Shown: positions 12,802 through 23,861, counted from the stretch's first letter. The stretch is DNA of 64,000 bases from Opitutia bacterium (GCA_018668635.1 JABJCN010000219.1:176-64175), one strand, 5' to 3'. The notes: generated from the sequence alone by a model not told the origin. Program-made: numbers and translations.

Positions 12802-14715
12802 ATGGAGCATAACTACACTGAGAGTAGCATAAAGTCCCTTGACTGGAAGGAACATATCCGCCTCAGGCCTGGGATGTATATTGGGAAACTGGGCGATGGT
12901 TCCTCCGACGACGATGGCATCTACGTCCTGGTAAAGGAGGTGATTGACAACTGCATTGACGAGTTCGCCATGGGCTTTGGTAAGCAGATCGATCTATCAT
13001 TAACACCCGATGGGACCATGAGCGTTCGTGACTATGGGCGAGGAGTGCCATTGGGCAAGCTGATGGATTGTGCCGCCAAAATTAACACAGGCGCAAAGTA
13101 TGATTCTGAAGTCTTCAAGAAATCTGTTGGCCTTAACGGAGTTGGCATCAAGGCCGTCAACGCACTTTCAAAAGAATTTCGTATAGAGGCATTCCGTGAC
13201 GGAGAAACCCGCCGCATCGATTTTGCCAAAGGTGACGTGGTCGATGAGGATAAGAAGGCAAAAAAGACTACGGAGGATAATGGAACAAGCATTACCTTCA
13301 CCCCTGACGTTGAAATGTTCCGGAAATTTCGATTCAGAGAACGCCATCTTGAAAAGATGCTGCGTTACTACTGCTACCTCAATCCTGGTCTGAATATTCG
13401 ATTTAATGGGAAACGATTTCGCTCAAAAAATGGTCTATGTGACCTATTGGAAGAAGTCATTACCGAAGAAGTGCGCTACCCTATTGTTCATCTTTCAGGG
13501 CATGACATTGAGATTGCATTTACTCATGTTGAGCAAACTGGTGAAGAATATTACTCTTTTGCCAATGGGCAGCACACAACACAAGGAGGAACCCATCAGG
13601 CAGCATTCAGGGAAGCAATCGCCAAGACAATTCGTGAATTTTATAAAAAAAGCTTCGAGGCAGTAGATATCCGAAATGGAATTGTCGCAGCAATTAGTAT
13701 AAAGATAGAGGAACCCGTCTTTGAGTCTCAAACAAAGACAAAGCTGGGTTCGCTAAATATGTCTCCTGAGGGAGCAACCGTTCGAAACTTCGTTCTTGGT
13801 TTTATCAAGGAGAAACTGGACAACTACCTTCATAAGCACCCAGAAGTCAGTGAACCTCTTCTTGCTCGCATCCAACAGGCGGAGCATGAGAGAAAAGAGC
13901 TAAAAGGGATCAAGAAAATAGCACGTGAACGCGCAAAAAAAGCAAAAATTCATAACCGAAAGCTCCGTGACTGCCGTTCACATTTAAATACAAAGGATAA
14001 ACAAAGATTTGAATCCACCCTGTTTATTACTGAAGGAGACTCCGCCAGTGGTTCCATAACTAAGTCCAGAAATGTCACGACTCAAGCGGTCTTTAGCCTA
14101 AAAGGGAAGCCTTTGAATTGCTTTGGACTAACAAAGAAGGTCGTATACGAGAATGAGGAGTTCAACCTCATACAGCATGCATTAAATATCGAGGACGACT
14201 TGGAGAACCTGCGCTACAACAAAATAGTAATTGCCACTGATGCAGATGTTGATGGCATGCATATTCGCCTACTCCTCATAACATTCTTTCTCCAGTTTTT
14301 CCCAGAACTGATTCGGGAACAACATCTATATATACTTCAAACCCCGTTATTTCGAGTCAGAAACAAGAAAGATACACGCTACTGCTATACTGAGCTGGAG
14401 CGACAAGAAGCCATATCTTCACTTGGAGCAAAAGCTGAAATCACTCGTTTCAAGGGCCTAGGGGAAATCTCTCCGGACGAATTCAAGTATTTTATCGGCG
14501 ATGAAATACGTCTGGACCCCGTCATGATCAAGACCAAGTCCTCTATTAAAGAGATGCTTAAATTCTATATGGGCAAGAATACACCGGATCGGCAGGAGTT
14601 CATAATTGAAAATCTGCGAGTTGAGCAAGATGTGGCAGATGAAGAGAAGGACGAGGAGCCCAACGCCAATGTTGAGCCCATCCAAAATGAAGCTGAGGAA
14701 AAGGCAATCGCCTGA
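12802..14715 (+). CDS. parE: type IIA topoisomerase subunit B, topoisomerase IV ParE-like
   Basis: 637 aa. Contains [57 protein letters not shown] and DADVDGMHI. It has no GyrB-type long insertion and sits 21 nt upstream of the A-subunit gene. Confidence 0.85.
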   Translation: MEHNYTESSIKSLDWKEHIRLRPGMYIGKLGDGSSDDDGIYVLVKEVIDNCIDEFAMGFGKQIDLSLTPDGTMSVRDYGRGVPLGKLMDCAAKINTGAKYDSEVFKKSVGLNGVGIKAVNALSKEFRIEAFRDGETRRIDFAKGDVVDEDKKAKKTTEDNGTSITFTPDVEMFRKFRFRERHLEKMLRYYCYLNPGLNIRFNGKRFRSKNGLCDLLEEVITEEVRYPIVHLSGHDIEIAFTHVEQTGEEYYSFANGQHTTQGGTHQAAFREAIAKTIREFYKKSFEAVDIRNGIVAAISIKIEEPVFESQTKTKLGSLNMSPEGATVRNFVLGFIKEKLDNYLHKHPEVSEPLLARIQQAEHERKELKGIKKIARERAKKAKIHNRKLRDCRSHLNTKDKQRFESTLFITEGDSASGSITKSRNVTTQAVFSLKGKPLNCFGLTKKVVYENEEFNLIQHALNIEDDLENLRYNKIVIATDADVDGMHIRLLLITFFLQFFPELIREQHLYILQTPLFRVRNKKDTRYCYTELERQEAISSLGAKAEITRFKGLGEISPDEFKYFIGDEIRLDPVMIKTKSSIKEMLKFYMGKNTPDRQEFIIENLRVEQDVADEEKDEEPNANVEPIQNEAEEKAIA

Positions 14716-14736
14716 GATGAGACAACCAACTAAGGA

Positions 14737-17196
14737 ATGGACGAGAACAAGGATCAAGCCACCGACGACAAAGTAAAACCAGTACCAGGCAAGAATGACC
14801 CTGCATCCCAAAAGGAAGCAGCAAATGAAGGCAAAGAACCCGAAACCGAAGGCAACGGGGAGAAAGAGGCTGGTGCCCCGGAAGCAGAACCATTTACACC
14901 AGCCCCCTACATGGAGGCTGGTGAAGGGGTTGGAGATGAGGACGATGATTCCATGCATGTTGGGCGAATGTATGGGAATTGGTTTCTGGAATACGCATCC
15001 TATGTGATTCTAGAGAGAGCAGTCCCGCATATAAATGACGGCCTTAAACCCGTTCAGCGGCGTATTCTACACTCCATGAGGGAGATGGAAGATGGTCGCT
15101 ATAACAAAGTTGCCAATATAATCGGCAATACAATGAAGTACCATCCTCATGGCGATGCGTCAATCGGAGATGCCATGGTCCAAGTCGGTCAAAAGGAGCT
15201 ACTGATCGACATGCAGGGTAACTGGGGCAATATCTATACTGGCGATTCTGCCGCAGCTCCCAGATACATAGAGGCACGGCTCACTCCCTTTGCACTTGAG
15301 GTCATCTTTAACCCAAAGACCACAATATGGAATTTTTCCTACGATGGTCGCAACAAGGAACCAGAAACTCTACCAGTTAAGTTCCCGCTTCTGGTTTCGC
15401 AAGGAGCGGAGGGTATTGCAGTTGGCCTATCAACCAAAATCCTACCTCATAATTTCTGCGAGCTTCTTGAGGCATCGATTTCTGCACTTCGCAAAGAAGA
15501 GATCAAAATCTTACCAGATTTCCCAACTGCGGGACTCATGGACGCGACCGATTACAATGATGGGCAGCGCGGTGGAAAGGTTCGGGTAAGGGCCCGAATT
15601 GAGCAGGTCAAAAAACATCTCGTAAAAATCACCGAGATCCCCTTTTCCACAACGACGACGAGTCTGATTGATTCCATCCTTGCAGCAAACGACAAGGGCA
15701 AGATTAAAATTCAGCGTGTTGATGACAATACAGCTGAGTTCGTGGAGATACTTGTCCACCTGCCATCTACCATTGCCGCAGAGGATGCCATACCCGCCCT
15801 GTATAAGTTCACAAATTGTGAAGTATCCATTTCACCCAACGCGTGTATCATCGTCGATAAGCAACCCCAGTTCCTTTCCGTCAGTGAATTATTACGCCTC
15901 TCCGCGATACAGACCAAAGCACTACTACGACAAGAGCTGGAAATTCGCCTTCATGAACTTGAGGAGAAATGGCATTTTGCCTCCCTTGAGAAAATATTTA
16001 TCGAGAAACGCATCTATCGCCGAATTGAAAAGGAAGAGACTTGGGAAGGAGTTCTCAAAACAGTAGACGAAGGGCTTGATCCTCATAAGGAGCTTTTCCA
16101 CCGCAAAATCACTCAAGATGATATCCTTCGCCTTCTTGAAATTAGAATTAAAAGAATCTCAAAATATAACTCCTTCAAAGCGGATGAAATAATAACAGGA
16201 TACGAGGAGGAGATGGAGGAGGTAAAACGCCACCTTAAACAGTTAACGAAGTACGCAATACGTTATTTCAAGGACATCCTCAAGAAATACGGAAAGGGAC
16301 ATGATCGAAAAACTGAAATCACCACCTTTGACAAAATTGTCGCCTCTCAGGTCGCAACTGCCAACGAGACACTTTACCTCAATCGTAAAGATGGATTCGC
16401 AGGATGGAGCCTTAAGCGGGACAGCGCTATCGAAAAATGTTCTCAGCTTGACGATGTAATTGTCTTTTCAAAGGACGGAACCGTCAAGGTATCGAGAGTC
16501 CAGGACAAATTTTTCATAGGAAAGAACCCTGTACATATCGCAATCTTTCGGAAAGATGAACCCAAGACCTATGCAATGGTCTATCGCGATGGGAAAAGCG
16601 GCAATACCTTTGCCAAACGCTTCCAGATGGGCGGGGTTACACGGGACAAGGAATATGAAATTATAAAGAATCGACGAGGGAGTCGAATCTGGTTTTTCGC
16701 AATATATGATAATGACCAACAGACAGAAAAGGTTCTTGTTCATCTTGATCCCACAGCCAAAGCAAGGAACAAGACTGTCCATATCGACTTCGCGGAGATG
16801 CCTGTTAAAAACCGTGGGGCTATTGGTGTCACGATAACAAAGCATAAAGTCGAACGCGTTGCACGCTCCCCCCGCCCCAATGGAGAGCCCGATATTCAAG
16901 AAAAACCATCGCCTCCAGAGGATGATGAAATTCCCGATGCAACTGAAGAAAAACCTTTGGTATCGAAGAAAAAAGAGACCCCAGAAAAAAAATCTGGTAA
17001 AAATAAGCCAAATATCAAATCGCTCCCTCCTCCAAAGAAAGCATCTACAACAAAACCGCACCCAAAGAAGGAGGTTCCTTCCGCCAATTCATCAAAAGCC
17101 AAAAAAGAATCGACCACGCCCAAGGCTCACACGGTCTCAAACCCATCAAAAAAGGCCACTTCTGATTTCCTTCAGGAACTCCTTGACTTCGGTTAA
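14737..17196 (+). CDS. parC: type IIA topoisomerase subunit A, topoisomerase IV ParC-like (Lys/Pro-rich C-terminal tail)
   Basis: 819 aa. Contains DGLKPVQRRILHSM, HPHGD and the catalytic Tyr context AAAPRYIEARL. The C-terminal domain is degenerate with no GyrA box. There is an ~80-aa charged N-terminal extension and a 109-aa low-complexity tail. Confidence 0.85.
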   Translation: MDENKDQATDDKVKPVPGKNDPASQKEAANEGKEPETEGNGEKEAGAPEAEPFTPAPYMEAGEGVGDEDDDSMHVGRMYGNWFLEYASYVILERAVPHINDGLKPVQRRILHSMREMEDGRYNKVANIIGNTMKYHPHGDASIGDAMVQVGQKELLIDMQGNWGNIYTGDSAAAPRYIEARLTPFALEVIFNPKTTIWNFSYDGRNKEPETLPVKFPLLVSQGAEGIAVGLSTKILPHNFCELLEASISALRKEEIKILPDFPTAGLMDATDYNDGQRGGKVRVRARIEQVKKHLVKITEIPFSTTTTSLIDSILAANDKGKIKIQRVDDNTAEFVEILVHLPSTIAAEDAIPALYKFTNCEVSISPNACIIVDKQPQFLSVSELLRLSAIQTKALLRQELEIRLHELEEKWHFASLEKIFIEKRIYRRIEKEETWEGVLKTVDEGLDPHKELFHRKITQDDILRLLEIRIKRISKYNSFKADEIITGYEEEMEEVKRHLKQLTKYAIRYFKDILKKYGKGHDRKTEITTFDKIVASQVATANETLYLNRKDGFAGWSLKRDSAIEKCSQLDDVIVFSKDGTVKVSRVQDKFFIGKNPVHIAIFRKDEPKTYAMVYRDGKSGNTFAKRFQMGGVTRDKEYEIIKNRRGSRIWFFAIYDNDQQTEKVLVHLDPTAKARNKTVHIDFAEMPVKNRGAIGVTITKHKVERVARSPRPNGEPDIQEKPSPPEDDEIPDATEEKPLVSKKKETPEKKSGKNKPNIKSLPPPKKASTTKPHPKKEVPSANSSKAKKESTTPKAHTVSNPSKKATSDFLQELLDFG

Positions 17197-17244
17197 CTAT
17201 CCAACCCCGTCGACCGACGTAATCATTATAGAAACCCTCGTGGG

Positions 17245-17943
17245 TCAGTTGCCTACATTGGACTGGTCAGGACGTTGCATCAATCTAACTTCATGCCGGG
17301 CGGCCGCCATCATACCATCAGCCAAATAACCGCCATAGGCAATCCCAGGGAAAACAGCAGCGTGCCGACCAAGGATAGTTCCCGGCTGAATGGTAGTGTT
17401 GCAACCCACTTCAGCCCCATCGCCAAGAATACCTCCTAGTTTCTTTAACCCGGTGCAAATTGAACCCTCCGGCGTCTTCACGATAACATACTGCTGGTCA
17501 AGCCTCAGATTTGAAAGGATGACCCCGGCACCAAGATGCGTCCGATTGCCGAGAATAGAATCACCAACATAATTGAAATGAGGAGTCTGTACATCATCCA
17601 TCAATAAACAATTTTTATATTCACAGGAATTACCGAGGACGCAACCACGCCCAGCTATCACATTTCCCCGAATGAAAACACCAGGTCGCAATTCACACTC
17701 CGGACCGATATATGCGGGCCCCTCAATGACACCAAAGGGGGGAAGTTGTAACCCTTCGCTCAAAAAAACATCTCCTTTGATGATTAATCCCGGTGGAAGG
17801 TTTACCTGGTGACGATTAGGGAAAATAAATGCTGACAGCGCCTCACGCACTTTAGGCAACCATTCCCATGGTGCTGCCGTCTCCTCGAATAAATTGCCAA
17901 ATGGCAATGATTCAGGAAATTCCCACAAGTCTCCAGCCTTCAT
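17245..17943 (-). CDS. left-handed beta-helix (hexapeptide-repeat) protein, GlmU C-terminal-domain-like putative acyltransferase
   Basis: 232 aa with imperfect hexapeptide repeats (IGPECELRPGVFIRGNVIAGRGCVLGNS, FNYVGDSILGNRTHLGAGVILSN, LGDGAEVGCNTTIQPGTILG). No nucleotidyltransferase domain is present. Confidence 0.6.
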   Translation of the reverse strand: MKAGDLWEFPESLPFGNLFEETAAPWEWLPKVREALSAFIFPNRHQVNLPPGLIIKGDVFLSEGLQLPPFGVIEGPAYIGPECELRPGVFIRGNVIAGRGCVLGNSCEYKNCLLMDDVQTPHFNYVGDSILGNRTHLGAGVILSNLRLDQQYVIVKTPEGSICTGLKKLGGILGDGAEVGCNTTIQPGTILGRHAAVFPGIAYGGYLADGMMAAARHEVRLMQRPDQSNVGN

Positions 17944-17958
17944 ATCCGGGCATAAAAA

Positions 17959-18034
<76 letters not shown>

Positions 18035-18176
18035 CCAGCTATAAAAAAGAGCCCCACATGATCTAAGTCAGTAATCCGTTGTCAAATGGTTTCTTGCCAA
18101 TTCAAAGAATTAAACATTCGTCAGTACATAAGTTATTCAAGCTAAGGCATTAATTATTACCAAACACAAATGGGGG

Positions 18177-19052
18177 TTAGAGACCGATCTCCTTCAATTT
18201 AGCTACGCGAAAACTATCGGGAACAGGCGCCATTCCCGCCTGAAATATAGCCTGTGCAACCTCAGCTGAATAGAGTACCCGGAGTGTGGGTGCCAAAGCC
18301 TGAATGCGAGACTCAGGAAATAAAATGAAAAAAGGCATCTGTAGCGAGTAGTCTCCAAAAAAAAGATTTTCTGGTGTCGCGCCAAAAGGTTCACCGCCCT
18401 TTGATACAATGGGGATAGATTTACCAAAGGCATCAGCATGCAGTGAAGCAAAAACCCCTATAGAACCAGGGTTTTTCTGAAATGCATTAGCAAGCGCCTG
18501 TTCGTCTGGAAAAACCTTTACCGACGATTGCAGGCGATCCGCAGGTAAAACATGGTGTTCAAATATTTCACGGGAAAAGGATGTATACCGCTGGACAACC
18601 ATCGGCTCAATACCCCGTTGTTTCCAGTCCCCAGCCAAGCCCAAACCACCCCAACGCGCTAATCTCCGTTCTGCACGAATACCAAAGACAGCCCTAAGTT
18701 GATCAATTGAAATTTCGCTTATCGGATTATCCTTTGAGACGAAAACCCGGCTAATTCGGTAGGAAATGGGCAACTGCAACATACCCGACACCTTCGGAAT
18801 ATCATCTCTGGATTTGCTTGAGATAATTACCAAGTCGGCCTTGCCTGCCTCAATCAACTGACGAGCCTTTTGGGATCCAGACCATTTTGTATGAACCCCC
18901 AGCGGTTTACATAAACTGGTGATACGCTCGGCAATGTCTCCGCGAAAAAGGTCAGTTCCAACAATATTGATTGAGGAAGGCTCCTGAGCAGAAAGCTGGC
19001 AAAAAAATATGGCGAGAATCCACCAATAAGACTTACAGGCAACTCTTTTCAT
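18177..19052 (-). CDS. secreted periplasmic substrate-binding protein, PstS/PBP-like-2 fold (degenerate)
   Basis: Signal peptide MKRVACKSYWWILAIFFCQLSAQEP. Pattern resembles phosphate-binding-like PBPs (INIVGTD..., GKADLVIISS, NPISEISIDQLRAVFG, NPGSIGVFAS), but I did not see the usual SGT-type anion-binding motif. Last gene of the HK-RR operon. Confidence 0.55.
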   Translation of the reverse strand: MKRVACKSYWWILAIFFCQLSAQEPSSINIVGTDLFRGDIAERITSLCKPLGVHTKWSGSQKARQLIEAGKADLVIISSKSRDDIPKVSGMLQLPISYRISRVFVSKDNPISEISIDQLRAVFGIRAERRLARWGGLGLAGDWKQRGIEPMVVQRYTSFSREIFEHHVLPADRLQSSVKVFPDEQALANAFQKNPGSIGVFASLHADAFGKSIPIVSKGGEPFGATPENLFFGDYSLQMPFFILFPESRIQALAPTLRVLYSAEVAQAIFQAGMAPVPDSFRVAKLKEIGL

Positions 19053-19082
19053 ACAATCAATTATAGATGGATTCGCATATTA

Positions 19083-20465
19083 TCATCTTGTATCCAGTTC
19101 CGGCCACTTAAGAACCTTGCGATGAAGTGTTCTACGGCTTATGCCTAGAAGTTGGGCTGCCTGAGTACGGTTCCCATGAGTCTGGACAAGTGCGTTACGA
19201 AGAAGTCGCTTTTCATTTTCCTCCTTGGAAAGAATGCCGCTCGGTGGCGTATACATGGGAGTATCGGTATCAGAATCGATACCTTCTGGCTTCTCCGGGT
19301 GCAAAAACCGGGGATCCATGTCGTATTCATTAACTTCACCGCCCTGTTTAAGGACAACAAGGTTTTCACAAAAATTGCGCAATTCACGAATGTTCCCTGG
19401 CCAACGATATGCCTGGAGAGCTGACATCGCCTTGGGAGTAAGAGTCACCTCAGGAAGCTCATTTTCTTCTGCAAATCGAGTCAGGAAATGTTCAATAAGC
19501 AAAGGAATATCATCCATGCGATGGCGAAGGGGCGGTAAGGAAATTTTGACAACATCAAGTCGATAATAGAGGTCTTCGCGGAACTCCCCTTTAAGTGACA
19601 ATGCCTTAAGATCACGATTGGTGGCACAGACGAGTCGAACGTCAACTTGGACAGGCTTTATACTGCCTACTCGCTCAAAAGTTTTTGTTTCAAGAAAACG
19701 TAGAAGTTTGACCTGAGTAGATGCATCGATTTCCCCGATTTCATCGAGAAACAGTGTCCCACTATGAGCGGACTCAAAGCGGCCAATACGCTTCTCTGAG
19801 GCTCCCGTAAAGGCCCCTTTCTCATGGCCAAAAAGTTCACTTTCCAAAAGATTGGCAGGTAGTGCAGCACAATGAACCGCGACAAAAGGGTTACGTATCC
19901 GGTTACTATTCTGGTGGAGTGCTTGAGCGATCAATTCCTTACCGGTACCAGTCTCCCCCTCGAGTAAAACCGTGGTTGTTGCCGGAGCTACAAGTTTTAC
20001 TCGCTCCAGCACAGAAGCGAGGGTTCCCGACTCCCCAATAATCCCATCGAAACTGTATTTTTTATCGAGACGTTGATGGAGAGCCACATTCTCTTCCTGC
20101 GTTTTTCGAGAATGCAAGGCACGGGAAATAAGAATCTCGAGCTTTTCCAAGTTGACAGGCTTGGTAAGAAAATCGTGAGCGCCTCGTTTCATGGCTTCAA
20201 CGGCAAGATCAACTGTGCCATAAGCGGTCATCATAATACACACAGGATGGTACGGCATCTGGATAGCGCGATCAATTACGGTCATGCCGGACTTACCGGC
20301 CATCTTGAGATCAGTTAGAACTACATCAAACTTCTCGGCATCCAGTAGGTTAAATGCCTCAGTTGGGTTTTCCGCAAGATAGACATCATAGTCTTCCTCC
20401 AATGCAAGTTCCAGTCCCTCGCGGGTGTGTTTCTCGTCATCGACGATCAAAATGGTGGCAGGCAT
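19083..20465 (-). CDS. sigma-54-dependent response regulator (NtrC family)
   Basis: Receiver domain (ILIVDDE, DVVLTDLKM), AAA+ domain with Walker A GETGTGKE and the GAFTGA motif (EKGAFTGA), and a C-terminal Fis-type HTH (AAQLLGISRRTLHRK). Confidence 0.92.
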   Translation of the reverse strand: MPATILIVDDEKHTREGLELALEEDYDVYLAENPTEAFNLLDAEKFDVVLTDLKMAGKSGMTVIDRAIQMPYHPVCIMMTAYGTVDLAVEAMKRGAHDFLTKPVNLEKLEILISRALHSRKTQEENVALHQRLDKKYSFDGIIGESGTLASVLERVKLVAPATTTVLLEGETGTGKELIAQALHQNSNRIRNPFVAVHCAALPANLLESELFGHEKGAFTGASEKRIGRFESAHSGTLFLDEIGEIDASTQVKLLRFLETKTFERVGSIKPVQVDVRLVCATNRDLKALSLKGEFREDLYYRLDVVKISLPPLRHRMDDIPLLIEHFLTRFAEENELPEVTLTPKAMSALQAYRWPGNIRELRNFCENLVVLKQGGEVNEYDMDPRFLHPEKPEGIDSDTDTPMYTPPSGILSKEENEKRLLRNALVQTHGNRTQAAQLLGISRRTLHRKVLKWPELDTR

Positions 20466-20508
20466 GGCTAGCTAAAATTAGTAGAGAAAAATGAAAGTAA
20501 ATTAATGC

Positions 20509-21699
20509 TTAACCTTCCAGACCTTCATTTTCAAGTAGTCTTGTGCGTCGATACTTCCGCGGGAACTGAAGGGTAATAACAGTTCCCATACCGACCTTGC
20601 TGTCGATCCCGATTCGACCACCATGTTCCCGCATAATTCTCTGTACAATCATCATCCCCAAGCCATGTCCCTTGTCTTTCGTTGAGTAATATGGAAGAAA
20701 AACCTTCGAAATATCTGTTTCCGCGATTCCCATACCCGTGTCAGCAAACTGAAGAAAAATAAAGTCATCATCTCCTCGGGCGACAATTTTAAGGCGATTT
20801 CCCTTTTGCATCGCTTCCAGTGAATTCTTCAGTATATTAAAAAAAACCTGCTTGATCTGGTCGCCATCACCCTGAATTACAGGATTTTTCTCTATGATCT
20901 CAACCTCAATATGAAGATTACGATCCTGAAATTCAACTCCCTGAACATCAATTACTTCATGAAGAAGATTTAAAAGGCTTAATTCCTTCAGATCAGGAGG
21001 CGATGGGCGAACTGCCTCCAGGAAATGTTTAATAATACTATCCAACCGCTTGACCTCACTCATGCAAACCCCGACTGAAGTCCCTAGTTTCTCGAGTTCC
21101 CCTATGCCATCCAACTTCTTCAACTTCCTTTCCATGAGTTGGAGATGAATAATAAGAGAATTCAGTGGATTACCCAATTCGTGAGCAACTCCTGAGGCAA
21201 GCATGAGAACAGAGTTTACTTTTTCACTCTCAATCAATTGCTCTGTAGAAAGTCTCTCCTCAGTAATATCGGTGAGGATAATAGCAAGGTTACGTAGTCG
21301 CGGTCCTCCAGCACCATCCTGCAAGGGAACTATATAAAGACGGACCAACCGCTCTTCCGGGTATGAAAGTTCGATTTCACGAGAAACAAAGGATTCCTCA
21401 TCGTCCGTCTGGAAAGTAGAACCCTCAAGGCTACGATGAAGGTCTGGCACCAACTTCCACAAGATCTCCTTGCCGATCTTGGTCTCTTTCATGCCAATGA
21501 GTTTACATCCCTGGGCGTTTGCATACTGGATAACACCGTTCTCATCGATAACAAGAATGCCATCCCGGATCGTATTAAATACAGTTTCCAGCAATCGACG
21601 TTCACGCATAAGTCTCTGAACGACTTGGGGAAGGTTCGCCGAATCCAAATCTTCCAGATTTCCCAGGATACGGTCGAGCGAACTTTTCTTTTTCGGCAT
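20509..21699 (-). CDS. soluble PAS-domain sensor histidine kinase
   Basis: H-box HELGNPLNS, N-box NILKNSLEAM, G-boxes DTGMGI and GHGLGM. An N-terminal PAS-like segment is present and I saw no transmembrane segment. Confidence 0.9.
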   Translation of the reverse strand: MPKKKSSLDRILGNLEDLDSANLPQVVQRLMRERRLLETVFNTIRDGILVIDENGVIQYANAQGCKLIGMKETKIGKEILWKLVPDLHRSLEGSTFQTDDEESFVSREIELSYPEERLVRLYIVPLQDGAGGPRLRNLAIILTDITEERLSTEQLIESEKVNSVLMLASGVAHELGNPLNSLIIHLQLMERKLKKLDGIGELEKLGTSVGVCMSEVKRLDSIIKHFLEAVRPSPPDLKELSLLNLLHEVIDVQGVEFQDRNLHIEVEIIEKNPVIQGDGDQIKQVFFNILKNSLEAMQKGNRLKIVARGDDDFIFLQFADTGMGIAETDISKVFLPYYSTKDKGHGLGMMIVQRIMREHGGRIGIDSKVGMGTVITLQFPRKYRRTRLLENEGLEG

Positions 21700-21772
21700 T
21701 AGGGGATGTAGAATGCGGTGATACTTCGTCTAATTCAAGGATGGAGTCGCTCAAGTAGGAATCATGGAATTA

Positions 21773-22417
21773 TCAGGCAATACCAATAAGGTCTAACAAC
21801 TGACCTGCTAAGTCTATTTTAAGACCAGGACCGAGATCGTACCGTCGCCCATCACGATTGATCAGCATCAGCTCATTTTCATCACATTGAAATCCTCCAT
21901 GATCCTGCCCCACCAAGTTTCCGGCGATCCAATCCAAATGCTTATCTGCAAGTTTCCTACGAGCATTTATCTCTAATTCCTCAGTTTCAGCACAAAAGCC
22001 AACAATCGTCTGGCGACTATGCTTTCGCAAAGACATCGTTCGCAGTATGTCTGAAGTCGGAATTAATTCCAGAGCCTGTACATACTTGGACTTCTTTATT
22101 TTATGCGATACCACATTTTTTGGGCTCCAATCACTTACTGCAGCAACCGAGATAAAATAATCACAAAATTCAAAAAGACGTGCGACAACCTCCAGCATCT
22201 CCTGTGCAGAAACTACAGGATGTAACGTCATGCCAGTAGGACACTCAAGAAAAGTGGGGCCACTAACCAAATCAACAGAACAACCTAGATTTCTGGCCGC
22301 TTCAGCAATGGCGTAACCCATCTTGCCTGAAGATGGGTTTGAAAGGAATCGAACGGGGTCCAGAAACTCCCGGGTAGGACCAGCGGTTATAAGAATTTGC
22401 TTATTTCTTGCTTTCAC
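21773..22417 (-). CDS. coaB: phosphopantothenate-cysteine ligase (CoaB domain only)
   Basis: 214 aa. Contains [27 protein letters not shown] and AAVSDW motifs typical of the CoaB half of Dfp/CoaBC. No flavoprotein (CoaC) half is present upstream. Confidence 0.8.
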   Translation of the reverse strand: MKARNKQILITAGPTREFLDPVRFLSNPSSGKMGYAIAEAARNLGCSVDLVSGPTFLECPTGMTLHPVVSAQEMLEVVARLFEFCDYFISVAAVSDWSPKNVVSHKIKKSKYVQALELIPTSDILRTMSLRKHSRQTIVGFCAETEELEINARRKLADKHLDWIAGNLVGQDHGGFQCDENELMLINRDGRRYDLGPGLKIDLAGQLLDLIGIA

Positions 22418-22467
22418 AGTTCGGTCAACAAGGCTTTACAACCTTTTTAAATGGTCAAAATTGGAAT

Positions 22468-23226
22468 ATGGAAACATCTAAAAAACGCTCTCAACAGGAA
22501 AATGCACTACTAAATATCGGCCTAAACTTTGCCTTGCCGGTGTTCATTATGTCAAAAGGGCCCAAGGCCGAATGGTTGCTGGCAATAGCAGACAAGCTAG
22601 ATCTGAAACCAGGCATCGCGGCAATGATTCTAGCACTTGCTTTTCCGATTAGTTACGGGATTTATGACTTTGTAAATCGGAGGAAATATAATTTCTTTTC
22701 CATCCTAGGATTTGTCAGCGTACTCATGACAGGTCTGATGACAATTTTTGAAGTTCCCAAAGAATGGATTGCATGGAAAGAGGCCGCAATACCTACCTTA
22801 CTGGGACTGGCAGTACTTGCCTCTCTCAAAACGAAGAATCCACTCGTGCGCCTTTTTATATATAACGATCAGGTGATGCAGGTGGAAAAGGTCAATGAAA
22901 GGCTTCAGGCAAATAATAACGAAGAGGGGTTCGAAAAACTCCTAAGGAATTGTACTCTTTGGCTCTCTCTGTCGTTCCTTATCAGCGCCATTTTAAACTT
23001 CATCTTGGCGAAGGTTTTTATCCAAAGTGAAACAGGGACTGAGATGTTCACTCAAGAGATGGGGAAAATGACTTTTTGGAGTTACATAATTATAATGGTC
23101 CCATCAATGGCCATCATGGCTTTCATCCTCTACCGCCTAATTCGTGGCATACGGCAAATGACCGGTCTGACGATGGAAGAATTCCTCGGGAATGAGGCAA
23201 ATATTGAGGCTTCTAAATCAGAGTGA
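22468..23226 (+). CDS. multi-pass inner-membrane protein of unknown function
   Basis: About six hydrophobic segments. The track ORF starts at 22408, overlapping the coaB start. The ATG at 22468 ([21 protein letters not shown]) seems more plausible. It loosely recalls septation-protein/VC0807-like families, which I cannot confirm. Confidence 0.5.
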   Translation: METSKKRSQQENALLNIGLNFALPVFIMSKGPKAEWLLAIADKLDLKPGIAAMILALAFPISYGIYDFVNRRKYNFFSILGFVSVLMTGLMTIFEVPKEWIAWKEAAIPTLLGLAVLASLKTKNPLVRLFIYNDQVMQVEKVNERLQANNNEEGFEKLLRNCTLWLSLSFLISAILNFILAKVFIQSETGTEMFTQEMGKMTFWSYIIIMVPSMAIMAFILYRLIRGIRQMTGLTMEEFLGNEANIEASKSE

Positions 23227-23850
23227 TCCAGTAACGTGTGCAATGAAGTTTCGGTATAACTGAAGACCCTTGGCCTGACTTTTCTCAGGATGAAATTGAG
23301 TGGCAAAGCAGTTGCCACGAACGATGCCACTGGTGAAAGGCTGACCTCCATATTCACTACGGAACCAGTCCAGGTTCGGATTGGGCTGGTCTAAATAGTA
23401 GCTGTGAACAAAATAGTACTGCTCACTCTTATTCAAATCCTTAATCAATGGAGCACCTTCGACAAATCCAGCGTCATTCCACCCCATGTGCGGAATCTTA
23501 TATCTGGCAGGCAAACGGAAACGAACGACCCGGCCCGGAAAAATACCAAGACCTGTTGTATCACCCTCTTCAGAATGCTCAAAGAGGGCCTGAAGGCCCA
23601 GGCAGATTCCGAAGAAATGGCGATTTGCAGCAATCCACTCACGAAGAAGCTGGTCAAACCCGGTACTGACTAGATGCTTCATACAGTCAACAATAGCACC
23701 CTGACCCGGAAAAATTAGAGCATCCTTGCCATCCGCCAAATCCGGGCTCTTTATAATCTGCGCATCTGCACCACAGTGTTGAAATGCACGAAGAACACTT
23801 CTAAGGTTTCCCATGCCCGGGTCAATAATGGCAATAGATGGATGGGCCAT
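23218..23850 (-). CDS. hisH: imidazole glycerol phosphate synthase, glutamine amidotransferase subunit
   Basis: Class I GATase motifs GICLGLQ (catalytic Cys) and QFHPEKS. Lies in the hisD-C-B-H gene order. Confidence 0.92.
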   Translation of the reverse strand: MAHPSIAIIDPGMGNLRSVLRAFQHCGADAQIIKSPDLADGKDALIFPGQGAIVDCMKHLVSTGFDQLLREWIAANRHFFGICLGLQALFEHSEEGDTTGLGIFPGRVVRFRLPARYKIPHMGWNDAGFVEGAPLIKDLNKSEQYYFVHSYYLDQPNPNLDWFRSEYGGQPFTSGIVRGNCFATQFHPEKSQAKGLQLYRNFIAHVTGSL

Positions 23851-23861
23851 CGAAATAAAGT

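Noticed and set aside
14458-17061. Antisense ORFs of 166 aa (14458-14958) and 197 aa (16468-17061) opposite the parE/parC junction and the parC tail
   Set aside because: They lie opposite strongly supported topoisomerase coding sequence, and their hydrophobic or Phe-rich translations are typical of antisense Lys/Glu-rich regions.
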